From Opitutales bacterium (lineage in GTDB: Bacteria > Verrucomicrobiota > Verrucomicrobiia > Opitutales > JABSRG01), in the NCBI GenBank assembly GCA_049599475.1, contig JBMYOQ010000012.1, positions 1-64,000 of the forward strand: a stretch of 64,000 nt of DNA, given 5' to 3'. The notes beneath the pieces are model-generated. The model was not told the origin of the DNA, ran no database searches, and saw nothing but the letters and a program-made list of their open reading frames with translations. Of the stretch, positions 19,423 through 28,827 are shown piece after piece. Position numbers and translations under genes: made by a program. Positions within the stretch are counted from its first letter, which is position 1. Each line of letters begins with the position of its first letter.

Positions 19423-22419
19423 ATGCCTTCGTCAGATACGCCTGCACCGGATTTTGATAAAAACTACCTCGTTGACCTTGGGGGATGGTCTGCTTGGAGA
19501 GAAGGTAAAGCTCTCGCGGAGGCTCGGGCGCAGCATCGAGCTGAGTGGAATGCTCCGGAACTCAAGGGGGAAATTCGCGTAGGCGGGAAGAGCTATTTCC
19601 CTCGTTTGAATTTGCGCTCAAAGAGTTTTCCAGATTCGCGCTGTAATTGCCAAAAGGGAATGCGTGGTCAGGTGTGTGAGCACATCGTAGCCTTGTGCTT
19701 GGTGTATCAGCGAAGAGATGAGTCGCTCGAAATCGATGCGCCGGCCGAAGCCGAGCCAGCTAAAGAAGAGCCTGTATCCACAGCGGCACCACAAGCCCCA
19801 GCTAAGAAATCCGGCAAGACTAAGAAATCGGGATTGAAGACGATGCTGATCTCTCAGGAGCATGGAGATGAGATCAAACTTCGCATCATGCTGCCTCCAA
19901 ATTTGGAGAATGCGGCTCCCAAGGACGCAATCGTTTTAAAAATACAGGCAGAGCTGGATGGGGAAAACTTGCCCTTGGAGCATCTGAATCGGAAGAAACA
20001 CTACAAAGTCGCATCTCACGATTACCTCGCTTTGGCTTTGCTTGAAGAATGGTGCCAAGGTGCGCCCTCGAGTATTGTTCAACTGAACCGCGAGCGTGCG
20101 CGAATACTGCTCGATAACTACGTCGATCAAGATTCTATATTTTTCCTCAGTGATCCTGATACAGCGCTTACTTGGGAGGATGATCAACTCGAGGGGGTGC
20201 ATGAACATCTAGAGGAGGAGCCTACGCCGAGCTACGGCGCTTTTGGACGGAGGCCTGCGAAACGGAAGGTTGAAGAGGAAGAAGAGAGCGAAGTATCCAC
20301 TTACTCGGCCTTTGGTGGCGCGAAACGCAGTGCTCGCATTGAGAGCGTCCCCTTGGGCGGAATCAAAAAGCGTAAAACGGAAGACTCGAGCGTCGACGCA
20401 GGCCAAATGGAAATCGATGGTTCGCCAAAATTCCTGGCTATTAAGCTCTTTGGACGCACCCATGCGAATTACGCTACTGCATTGGATTTGTTGCGTGATG
20501 AAGGGTTTCGTAATGAGCCTTCCAATGGAAAATGGTGGCTCCGAGACACGCATAAGGTCTTGAATTTTTTGGCCACTTATTGGGATCGTTTGGAGAACGA
20601 ATGGGGCGCAAAATTTTCTTCGAATTTCAAGAAGCAGATGAAGTCCGTGAAAACGGCTGAGATCGCCACCGACATCGTTGAAGTGAGAAATGGTTTCAAC
20701 GTATCTTTATCGCTCAAGGCTGGGAAGGCTGACGAATACGAGGTGCGCCAAGCAATCTCCGTCGGCAAGCAATACGTGAGTAGTGGCAAAAGCATTTACT
20801 TGCTCAATCCGAAGAGGATTGAAGCGCTCGGCAAAGCTCAGAAGGCGCTCACGGGAGATGTCCGTAGTGAACTGGCTCCTTCGTTCACTCAGGCGGTCAA
20901 TAGTGCTGCCTTGGCTGATGCGGAGAAAATCCTCAGCCCTATTTCGAAAGACTGGCAGCCGCCGGAAAGTTGGATCGAGCGTAGCGGTGCGCTGAAAGAA
21001 ATTAATCGCCTCAAACCTCCGCCACTTTCGGATAGTCTGGATAATACATTACGTTCCTACCAGCGTATCGGTGTCGCATGGCTCTTCCATCTTTATACGA
21101 ATGAGCTGGGTGGCGTCCTGGCTGACGAAATGGGTCTGGGTAAAACGCTACAAGCGCTCTCATTAATGCAGTGTGTGCATGCAAATGCCGATGAGCCTGG
21201 TCCGTCGATCGTGATTTGTCCCGCTAGCGTTGTCGAAAATTGGATACGTGAGGCACGCCGCTTTGTCCCAGAGCTCAAGTCCCTTGCACACCATGGGTCT
21301 CAACGTATTAAGGATCCCAATGAGCTAAAAGCGTATGACTTGATTGTGACTTCCTATGGTACCATGTCACGCGATGTTGAGATCTTGGGTGCTGTTGACT
21401 TCAAGCTAATCATTGGCGACGAGGCTCAGCACATTAAGAATAAGAAGACGCAGAATGCGCGTTCTTTGCGTGGCTTGATCGGGCGGGGGAAATTCCTACT
21501 TACTGGTACACCTATCGAGAATAGTTTAGACGATTTGCGGGCCTTGTTTGATTTTCTTATGCCCGGTTACCTGGCTGATCGGCCAACAGGGCTCGATCCA
21601 GATTCGCGCAATTGGTATGATCAGCGCCACCGCGAACAAGCAGCTCCATACATTTTGAGAAGATCTAAGAAGATGGTGGCGCCTGAGCTGCCGGACAAGA
21701 TTGAGCAAGTCTTCTACTGTCACATGGAAGGTGCTCAAGCCGGTCTCTACGAAAAGATTCTCAAAGATACACAAGAGACGATCTACTCGCTCGAGGAAAA
21801 CGGCGCGAATGGAGGAGCGGTGCGCATGGCAGCTTTCAATCAACTGCTGAGGCTGCGGCAGGTATGTGCCGATCCACGTATTCTCGACCCAGGTATGGCT
21901 GCAGGGGCGTCTTCGAAGCTTCAGGCCTTCCGCGAAATCCTCGAAGAGGCGCTTCAAGATGGCCACCGCATCCTAGTCTTTTCTCAGTTTGTCTCTGTTT
22001 TGAAGCTACTGCGCACCGAACTGGAGGATAAAGGCCACCAGTATTGCTATCTAGATGGCTCGACGCGCAATCGCCAGAGCCTGGTTGATCGCTTCAATGA
22101 AAATGAAGATATACCAGTGTTCTTGATATCGCTCAAGGCCGGGGGCACGGGTCTCAACCTTACGGGGGCTGACACTGTCATCCACTACGACCCGTGGTGG
22201 AATCCCGCCATCGAGCAACAGGCTACCGACCGGGCCCACCGTATTGGGCAAAAACGCATCGTCACGAGCATCAAATTGATCGCGGCGGATACGGTTGAAG
22301 AGAATGTCGTAGAGCTCCAGCGAACCAAGGCTAAGATGCTTGAGGAGCTACTTGAGGCGTCTGAAGCAGCTAATGCCAAGGTCTCATTGCGCGATATTAA
22401 GGATATTTTGGGGATGTGA
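19423..22419 (+). CDS. SWIM zinc-finger SNF2-family helicase
   Basis: CNC..(x9)..CEH SWIM motif; LADEMGLGKT, DEAQ, TGTPIEN, FSQF, AGGTGLNL, WWNPA.EQQA.DRAHRIGQ. Confidence 0.95.
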   Translation: MPSSDTPAPDFDKNYLVDLGGWSAWREGKALAEARAQHRAEWNAPELKGEIRVGGKSYFPRLNLRSKSFPDSRCNCQKGMRGQVCEHIVALCLVYQRRDESLEIDAPAEAEPAKEEPVSTAAPQAPAKKSGKTKKSGLKTMLISQEHGDEIKLRIMLPPNLENAAPKDAIVLKIQAELDGENLPLEHLNRKKHYKVASHDYLALALLEEWCQGAPSSIVQLNRERARILLDNYVDQDSIFFLSDPDTALTWEDDQLEGVHEHLEEEPTPSYGAFGRRPAKRKVEEEEESEVSTYSAFGGAKRSARIESVPLGGIKKRKTEDSSVDAGQMEIDGSPKFLAIKLFGRTHANYATALDLLRDEGFRNEPSNGKWWLRDTHKVLNFLATYWDRLENEWGAKFSSNFKKQMKSVKTAEIATDIVEVRNGFNVSLSLKAGKADEYEVRQAISVGKQYVSSGKSIYLLNPKRIEALGKAQKALTGDVRSELAPSFTQAVNSAALADAEKILSPISKDWQPPESWIERSGALKEINRLKPPPLSDSLDNTLRSYQRIGVAWLFHLYTNELGGVLADEMGLGKTLQALSLMQCVHANADEPGPSIVICPASVVENWIREARRFVPELKSLAHHGSQRIKDPNELKAYDLIVTSYGTMSRDVEILGAVDFKLIIGDEAQHIKNKKTQNARSLRGLIGRGKFLLTGTPIENSLDDLRALFDFLMPGYLADRPTGLDPDSRNWYDQRHREQAAPYILRRSKKMVAPELPDKIEQVFYCHMEGAQAGLYEKILKDTQETIYSLEENGANGGAVRMAAFNQLLRLRQVCADPRILDPGMAAGASSKLQAFREILEEALQDGHRILVFSQFVSVLKLLRTELEDKGHQYCYLDGSTRNRQSLVDRFNENEDIPVFLISLKAGGTGLNLTGADTVIHYDPWWNPAIEQQATDRAHRIGQKRIVTSIKLIAADTVEENVVELQRTKAKMLEELLEASEAANAKVSLRDIKDILGM

Positions 22420-22512
22420 GGCTTCTGCATTTCGCAGAATATGAACAGTTTACGAAATCAGGCTTGATAGGAGGCGAACTTTTCGACACTTTGGCCCCTT
22501 TTCCCAATAGCC

Positions 22513-22941
22513 ATGTCTATCATTTTAGCACTTTTAACCTTTGTCATGTTCATACTGGCCCTCGCGATTATCGGGCTAGTGCTTCTCCAGAAATCCAGCG
22601 GTCAGCAAGGAATGGGAGCTGCCATGGGCGGCGGCGTGGCTGATCAGGCTTTCGGAGCAGAGACGAATTCCATCCTCAGTAAGAACACCCAGATTGCGAC
22701 TATCATTTACTTCGTCTTGGCTTTCATCCTCTATTTGGGATACCAGTCAGTCTATGCGGATAAGGAAGTGACTGAAGGCACAGGCCTTTTGGATGCTGCG
22801 ATCGTGGAGGAGGCTGCAGTTGAGGCTGAGGAAGAGTCACCTGCCATCGAGGAAGACGTTGTGGAGCCAGCGGTTGAAGCTGCCGAAGAAGCAGCGACTA
22901 CCGTGAATCCGCTCGAGGACGTGAGCGCTCCTCAAGAATAA
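22513..22941 (+). CDS. secG: Preprotein translocase subunit SecG with acidic C-tail
   Basis: TM1-VLLQ...GMGAAMGGG..AFG....L.K.T-TM2. Confidence 0.92.
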   Translation: MSIILALLTFVMFILALAIIGLVLLQKSSGQQGMGAAMGGGVADQAFGAETNSILSKNTQIATIIYFVLAFILYLGYQSVYADKEVTEGTGLLDAAIVEEAAVEAEEESPAIEEDVVEPAVEAAEEAATTVNPLEDVSAPQE

Positions 22942-22967
22942 GCGCGTTTTCTCAGTTGAACTTTCTT

Positions 22968-23011
22968 AAACCGGGCATGTCATTTTCTACTATGACACGC
23001 CCGGTTTTTTT
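22968..23011 (+). terminator. secG terminator overlapping the start of the next gene
   Basis: AAACCGGGCATGTCAT-loop-ATGACACGCCCGGTTT plus T-run. Confidence 0.8.
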
Positions 23012-23897
23012 GTATCCCTGGATCGCCCTTTTATGGGCCGCTAGCTCGTTCTTCGGAACCACGGCAGATGCCCAACCGGCCTCATCGCGCAAATCAGCAG
23101 AGCGTCTTTTGGAGATCCCAAATCTTTCTCCCGATGAGGCGTCAGCCTTTATGCATCGCTTCAGGAATACAAAGTTGGCATCAGATTTTGTTTTCGATTT
23201 CCATTTGAAGCATATACCTGCACGTGGACGGCCTACGGTGTATTCAGGTCATTTGGCAGGCACTTGGAATCAGCAAGGCCCCCTGCAGCGCATCGAACTA
23301 GCGGAATTTGATGAATTGGCAGATAATAATACATCTTGGCTGATTTCAGGGGGTATGGAGCCTGCGATCTATGAGGGGACTCCTGTGGCATCCGAAGCGA
23401 CGGAGGTTTGGGGCAGGGTAGAAGAGTCGCGTGTGGCCTCTGAATCCCTGATACCGCTCACCCCGATTACTGCTTTTGATTTACAGCTTCCGTTTGTTTT
23501 TTGGGAGAATTTTGAGTGGGTCAGGAGTCAACGTGTATTGGGGCGGCCAGCATACATATATGACATGAGGCCCGCTACGCCTATCGAAACCAGTCGAGGC
23601 AAGATCGCGCGAGTAAGGTTGTACATCGATGCTGATTTTGCAGCACTCCTGCGGGCTGAATATTTCGATGAATCCGATGCTCAAATACGTCAGTTGAAAG
23701 TCCTTAGCTTCAAAGAAGTCTCTGGGCAGTGGATCCCTAAAGTATTAGATTTTGTGGAGACGGGATCGCGAGAAAAGGTCCGTTTCGAAGTGCGCGCAGC
23801 GGCACTGAATCAATTGGTTCCTAGATCTGTATTTGATCTATCAGGTAATGTGAACGATTCCTGGAATGTATCGAATCTAGTCTTCGAAAGGCTGTAG
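22992..23897 (+). CDS. Outer-membrane lipoprotein-sorting (LolA-like) protein
   Basis: Signal peptide; FDLQ.PF..W, LGRPAY.Y...P, VRLYID.....LLRAEYFD...K.VSGQWIPK. Start chosen at ATG 22992. Confidence 0.7.
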   Translation: MTRPVFLYPWIALLWAASSFFGTTADAQPASSRKSAERLLEIPNLSPDEASAFMHRFRNTKLASDFVFDFHLKHIPARGRPTVYSGHLAGTWNQQGPLQRIELAEFDELADNNTSWLISGGMEPAIYEGTPVASEATEVWGRVEESRVASESLIPLTPITAFDLQLPFVFWENFEWVRSQRVLGRPAYIYDMRPATPIETSRGKIARVRLYIDADFAALLRAEYFDESDAQIRQLKVLSFKEVSGQWIPKVLDFVETGSREKVRFEVRAAALNQLVPRSVFDLSGNVNDSWNVSNLVFERL

Positions 23898-24919
23898 ACA
23901 TTTAAAATTCATACGCTGCTTGATGCGGTGTAAATCGCTCCTGAATAGATGTATTGGATAAATACCTCTATACGAGGTTGGTTGGGGTAGAGATCTTAAA
24001 TGTAGAGTCCGCTAATGTAAGTCGCCACGAATACTGGTGCTTTATCAGGACACTCGAATTGGGGTCTGAGTACCCCATTGGGGAGCGACGCTGTCCTCAG
24101 CGTCATCAGAGCCCATCACAACGGACATAGTGGAGAGGTTGTCTCAAATCTCGCGTGCTGCATTAATTAGGACAGGATTTACAAGATTCACAGGGGGGTA
24201 AGAGAGGGTAAGCTCTTCGATCTGAAAATTGTTTTGAGACATTCTTTCCGGAGTGTCAGCAGAGTCGTCTATTTCGCCTCTTGGTTTCTTTAATCTTTTT
24301 TTAATGTGTTCTGGTTCTTCTATACGTTCTATGAAGGGGGTGTCTCGAGTTTGTCTGGAGATTCTGTTTGCGATTCCGAATCAGAACAAATCAACGAAGA
24401 GTAATGGATGATTGGATCACCTGTCAGAAGAATCTAATCGGTGATTCTGTTGGTTCTGTAGATACAGCTTGAGCATCGTTTTGAGGGAGTCTCTGCGTAG
24501 AATTAGAAATTCGATACGTCGGTAAATATGATACTATCGAGCCCTGAGCAGCCTCAAAGATGGATGTATCAGATCCTTCGATAATGGGGTATTCTATGGT
24601 GCTCGGGATGCGTGCTCTAGGAAAAAACTGCATGCTGGATCATTGAATGAGGGTCGTATTCATTCCTCGATACAGACATTCTGAAGGGCAAACCTTGTCC
24701 TGGAATTACCATTTCTAGCTTCTGAATCGTGTGTATTTGGAATCAAATACTTCGAATTGACTCACTAAGATGTATTCAAAACAGTCGGTAGATGTAATGA
24801 TTTAGGTCGGAAAAACGCTCATTTTTCAAAAAAAAGACGTATATTGATAAAATAATACAGTTTTCGATTTAAATTGAGCTCAATTCGATCGATTTATGGG
24901 GATTAAGGTCCGTCGCGTA

Positions 24920-24948
24920 TTGACTTATCTATAACTTGTGAACAACTT
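24920..24948 (+). promoter_or_regulatory. Sigma-70-type promoter of the RHH/histone-like gene
   Basis: TTGACT-N17-CAACTT, preceded by the 14-bp palindrome AATTGAGCTCAATT (24872-24885). Confidence 0.55.
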
Positions 24949-24980
24949 CGCGGGGACTGTAACTAACAACTAAGTCCATT

Positions 24981-25784
24981 ATGCCAAAAACTGCATCTAC
25001 GACTACAGCCCCATTAACCTTCGATCTTGCTAAAGATTTGTTTAAGGATCTTGAGGGCTTCAAGAAAAAATACGGTGCTCGCTCAGTGAGTGCTATTGTT
25101 CGTCTCGCAATTGAGAATTACGACGTAAAGTCGTTCAAGGGCGAAGTAAAAGATCACAAGCAACTCTCTGTTCGCTTGCCTGTTGCAATGAAAAACTCAT
25201 TGCTCGCCGTGGCGAAGAAGAACAAGGTAAGCGTGGGCGAATTAATTCGTTCGGCTATTGTGGCTTATAACGCATCTCCGGTAGCTCCTGCAGCTCCAGA
25301 GCCTGCTCCTAAGAAAGCGCCTGCTAAGAAGGGCCGCCCAGCTAAGAAGCCAGCGGCTAAAAAGCCAGCTGCTAAGAAGGGCCGTCCAGCTAAGAAACCA
25401 GCAGCTAAGAAACCAGCGGCTAAGAAGGGACGTCCAGCGAAGAAAGCTGCCGCTCCAGTAGCTAAAAAGGCACCTGCTAAGAAGGGACGCCCAGCTAAGA
25501 AGCCAGCAGCTAAGAAGCCAGCAGCTAAGAAGCCAGCAGCAAAGAAGCCTGCAGCTAAGAAGCCTGCAGCTAAAAAGCCAGCAGCTAAGAAGCCGGCAGC
25601 TAAGAAGCCAGCGGCTAAGAAGCCAGCAGTTAAGAAAGCACCTGCCAAGAAAGGCCGCCCAGCTAAAAAAGCTCCGGTCAAGAAGGTAGCAGTGAAGAAG
25701 GCACCTGCTAAGAAGGGTCGCCCAGCAAAGAAAGCTGCAGCTCCAGCTCCTAAGAAAAAGCGCGGACGTCCAGCAAAGAAGTAA
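24981..25784 (+). CDS. Tandem ribbon-helix-helix DNA-binding protein with histone-H1-like/AT-hook-like tail
   Basis: Two RHH-like units (PLTFDL...[10 protein letters not shown] and QLSVRLP...[10 protein letters not shown]) followed by about 160 aa of [13 protein letters not shown] repeats. Confidence 0.85.
   Translation: MPKTASTTTAPLTFDLAKDLFKDLEGFKKKYGARSVSAIVRLAIENYDVKSFKGEVKDHKQLSVRLPVAMKNSLLAVAKKNKVSVGELIRSAIVAYNASPVAPAAPEPAPKKAPAKKGRPAKKPAAKKPAAKKGRPAKKPAAKKPAAKKGRPAKKAAAPVAKKAPAKKGRPAKKPAAKKPAAKKPAAKKPAAKKPAAKKPAAKKPAAKKPAAKKPAVKKAPAKKGRPAKKAPVKKVAVKKAPAKKGRPAKKAAAPAPKKKRGRPAKK
25310..25781 (+). repeat. Coding tandem repeats (15-bp GCTAAGAAGCCAGCA-type units and KKGRPAKK units)
   Basis: Repeats are visible in the DNA, with synonymous variation between copies. 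Confidence 0.95.
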
Positions 25785-25810
25785 CTAGTCCGCTTTATAT
25801 AACTCAATTT

Positions 25811-25845
25811 AAGAAGCTTCCCATATCGGGAAGCTTCTTTTTTTT
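25811..25845 (+). terminator. Rho-independent terminator
   Basis: AAGAAGCTTCCC-ATATC-GGGAAGCTTCTT plus T-run. Confidence 0.92.
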
Positions 25846-25885
25846 GCTCTTTCCAAATTGGAGGGATGTGCTAACACAAGGGGTC

Positions 25886-27076
25886 ATGAGTATTTCAGAT
25901 CAACTTTCACCTTGGGCCAAAGGCGTCTCTCCTTCTCCGACACTCGCTGTCACTTCGAAGGCTAAGGCACTTAAGGCTCAGGGAGCGGACGTGTGTGGGT
26001 TTGGGGCCGGAGAGCCCGATTTTGATACTCCTGAGTTTATTAAATCAGCCGCTGCGAAGGCTCTTCAAGACGGTAAGACGAAATACGCGCCTGCGGCTGG
26101 ACTGCCCGAGCTGTGTGAAGCTTTGGCTAACAAGTATACTCATGAAAACGGTATTGAGGGGCTGACCGCGAAAAACGTCGTCGTAAGCCCTGGTGGGAAA
26201 TACTCATGTATGCTTGCGATTCAGGCCGTTTGTGGACCGGGTGATGAGGTACTTATTCCTGCGCCTTATTGGGTGAGCTATCCGGAAATGGCGAAACTCG
26301 CCGGAGCCACGCCCAAGTATATATTTGCCGGGATGGAGAACGGTTTCCGAGTGTCTGTCGCACAGATCCAAGAAGCCGTCACTGAGAAGACGAAGCTGGT
26401 TATTCTTAATAGTCCCTCCAATCCCACGGGGGCCGTCTATACAGAAGCCGAAATCCGTGAAATCGCAGAATTCTGCGCGAGTCGGAAGATTTTCTTAATG
26501 TCAGACGAGATCTACGAGTATCTACTCTACGATGGCGTCTCGCATTTCAGTGCTGCTTCTATTAGCTCAGAGGTTGCGGAATACGTGATTACCGTTGCCG
26601 GATTCAGCAAGACATTCTCAATGACGGGGTGGCGCCTCGGGACGCTCGTGGCTGCGGCTCCGATAGCCAAGGCAGTTTCCAGTATTCAGAGCCAAACGAC
26701 CTCGAATGCTACAACTTTTGCTCAGTATGGAGCGCTCGCCGCGCTGGAAGACCCTGCGGCATCTAAGGCAGCCGTGGCAGAAATGCTTGTCCACTTTGAT
26801 CGCCGTCGCAATAAGCTGCTAGATGGCTTGAATGCGATCGAAGGTATTTCCTGCACGCGATCTTCGGGAGCTTTTTACTTGTTCCCATCAATCAAGGATC
26901 TCGGCTTGGATTCGGACACCTTTGCTGCGCGCATCATTGAAGAAAAGCTGGTAGCGGTCGTCTCTGGAACGGGATTCGGAGCAGATGGCTACATGCGTCT
27001 TAGCTATGCAACCTCCGACGAGATCATCGAAAAGGGATTAGCGCGGCTTACGGAGTTTTGTGCCGAGCTTAATTGA
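25886..27076 (+). CDS. PLP-dependent class I aminotransferase (AspC-like)
   Basis: [35 protein letters not shown]. Confidence 0.95.
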   Translation: MSISDQLSPWAKGVSPSPTLAVTSKAKALKAQGADVCGFGAGEPDFDTPEFIKSAAAKALQDGKTKYAPAAGLPELCEALANKYTHENGIEGLTAKNVVVSPGGKYSCMLAIQAVCGPGDEVLIPAPYWVSYPEMAKLAGATPKYIFAGMENGFRVSVAQIQEAVTEKTKLVILNSPSNPTGAVYTEAEIREIAEFCASRKIFLMSDEIYEYLLYDGVSHFSAASISSEVAEYVITVAGFSKTFSMTGWRLGTLVAAAPIAKAVSSIQSQTTSNATTFAQYGALAALEDPAASKAAVAEMLVHFDRRRNKLLDGLNAIEGISCTRSSGAFYLFPSIKDLGLDSDTFAARIIEEKLVAVVSGTGFGADGYMRLSYATSDEIIEKGLARLTEFCAELN

Positions 27077-27124
27077 TCTCAATTTCGGTGAATAAAATCT
27101 GTGTAGTGTCGCTCTTATAGATAT

Positions 27125-27574
27125 ATGAACGACACCAACACACAGGTAATCCCAGCTCTCAGACAAGTCGTAGCCGACAGCTATGCGCTTCTAGGTCAGA
27201 CACACATTTGCCACTGGAATGTACGTGGCCCCGGTTTTTTTGCCCTGCACACTGCATTTGAGATGCAGTACACAGAACTGTTCACCGCGATCGACGAGAT
27301 CGCTGAACGTATTCGGGCTTTAGGCGCCTTGGCACCAGGAGGACTCGGGAATCTCGCTTCGATGGCAGGAGTCACTGAGATCGAAGAAGATGCGAGTGCT
27401 GAATCGATGGTCGAGCATCTCGCGAAGACCAACGAGCATCTCGTCGCGAACCTGGTAAAGGCGCGTGATATTGCGGGAGACGCAGGGGATAACCAAACGG
27501 AAGATTTGATGATCGCTCGCATCCAAATTCATGAAAAGACGATCTGGATGTTGCGCAGCTATCTGGCTGAGTAG
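27125..27574 (+). CDS. dps: Dps family DNA-protection/ferritin-like protein
   Basis: HWNVRGPGFFALH..FE.QY, DEIAERIRALG, HEKTIWML. Confidence 0.96.
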   Translation: MNDTNTQVIPALRQVVADSYALLGQTHICHWNVRGPGFFALHTAFEMQYTELFTAIDEIAERIRALGALAPGGLGNLASMAGVTEIEEDASAESMVEHLAKTNEHLVANLVKARDIAGDAGDNQTEDLMIARIQIHEKTIWMLRSYLAE

Positions 27575-27654
27575 TATCGCAAATTGTTTGTCTACTTCTG
27601 GGGCAATAGTCCTTCTGTAATTGCAAAAGCCACAGTCTCGAACTTTCTAGAAGT

Positions 27655-28575
27655 ATGAAAGATGTGATCCAACAGAACCTGCGGATCCTCGGGGTCCTGG
27701 CATGTGGCGTCATGGGAAGCGCTTGCAGTGCCGACGGAAAAGAAGTGGCACTCGAAGCGCCTTCTCAGGAGCAAATACAAAATTTCTGGTTCGATGGGGC
27801 TGAAATTTCGCGTTACGCATTGACTCAAGAACGGTACGGCGAAGAGCGCCCGGGTTATGCTGTCTTTGTCTTTGTTACCGAGCCGTTCAGGACGACGACA
27901 CAGGTAAAGGCCGACACCCCGGAACCGAATACGACTTCGGTTTTGAAGCTCAATGCAATGCGTGAGTTCAATACCGGTATTTATGAGTATAATACGATGT
28001 CGTCCGTGTTCTCTCCAATTGATACAGAATCCTTCCCGCATGCTTTGAAGCTCACCACGACAATTCAGGATTGGTGTGGTCATGCTTTTTCGCAGTTCAA
28101 TTGGAAAGACGATGGGTACGCGTTTGAGCTAAGATCCTACTTCGAGAGCGAAGGGGATGTAAATAGTCGCATCGCAGGTTCAGACGTGTGGCTCGAAGAT
28201 GAAATTTGGACGCGTATTCGGATTGATCCGACAGAGTTGCCTGTTGGAAACTTTAAGGCGATTCCCGGGACACTACATCAACGCTTCGCGCACATCATGC
28301 CTGAGGCCGCTCTTGCTGAGGGTTCTATTTCGGAGAAGGGAAAAGTGGTGACTTATACAATGACGTATCCGGCATTGGGTAGAACGCTCAGTATCGATTT
28401 TGATGCGTCTTTTCCATACACAATTCGCGCTTGGATAGAGTCAAACTTGCGTAACGGCGCCAAGACTACAGCTAAACTCGAAGACCGGATTGAGCGTTCT
28501 TACTATTGGAGCCTTATCAAACCCGGAGACGAAAAATTGCGTAAGCAGCTGGGCCTTGCAGAGGAGCCGAAGTAG
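27655..28575 (+). CDS. Conserved hypothetical exported/lipoprotein
   Basis: N-terminal hydrophobic segment with Cys; W.DG.AEIS.Y.L.Q.RYGE, VLKLN...F.TGIY.Y, QDWCG pattern recalled from an uncharacterised family. Confidence 0.7.
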   Translation: MKDVIQQNLRILGVLACGVMGSACSADGKEVALEAPSQEQIQNFWFDGAEISRYALTQERYGEERPGYAVFVFVTEPFRTTTQVKADTPEPNTTSVLKLNAMREFNTGIYEYNTMSSVFSPIDTESFPHALKLTTTIQDWCGHAFSQFNWKDDGYAFELRSYFESEGDVNSRIAGSDVWLEDEIWTRIRIDPTELPVGNFKAIPGTLHQRFAHIMPEAALAEGSISEKGKVVTYTMTYPALGRTLSIDFDASFPYTIRAWIESNLRNGAKTTAKLEDRIERSYYWSLIKPGDEKLRKQLGLAEEPK

Positions 28576-28621
28576 GGCTTCATGAAAAAGTCTGATTGTC
28601 TTAAAATTTGCGTATCGGGTT

Positions 28622-28697
28622 GGGCTGCATCTCCGAGGCAGCCGCTGCGACACTAGCAGGTACCCTTTTCACTGCCGCAGTCTCGGAGATACAGCCC
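28622..28697 (-). ncRNA. ffs: SRP RNA (ffs)-like hairpin lacking the CAGG..GNRA..AGCA core
   Basis: Terminal stem GGGCUGUAUCUCCGAG/CUCGGAGAUGCAGCCC; 3' strand GCAGU..AAAGGGUA...GUGUCGCAGCGGCUGCCUCGG resembles the SRP RNA 3' strand. Only 76 nt. Confidence 0.55.
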
Positions 28698-28827
28698 TGC
28701 CGGTTTCTGTTGCTCTATCAGTCGGTGACCGGTTTTAAGCTTTCTCCGTACCCTCGCAGTAATACTCATCGCCTGTTGAGGTAATCGAGCGTTCCTCGTT
28801 AGGAGAGGGCTGAGGCCAGGGCGTCAA

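Noticed and set aside
24424..24633. 69-aa minus-strand ORF in the long intergenic region
   Set aside because: No motif, RBS or clear promoter; length compatible with chance.
25265..25807. 180-aa antisense FLAAG-repeat ORF, and the 15-bp repeats as a possible CRISPR array
   Set aside because: It is the reverse complement of the KKPAA repeats; the units are contiguous, in frame and synonymously varied, with no spacers or cas genes.
28700..28735. Hammerhead-like words on the minus strand (CCGGUC..CUGAUAGA..GAAACCGG)
   Set aside because: Only 5-6 nt are available for stems I and II, and the core has an extra base; no viable ribozyme fold.
28660..28797. RNase P-, fluoride- or c-di-AMP-riboswitch-like words (GAGGAAC, ACAGAAA, GUGAAAAGGG, GGCGAUG, GUACGGAG)
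   Set aside because: The required pairings (P4, P1, pseudoknot) are absent, the region is too short for RNase P, and no downstream gene lies on that strand.
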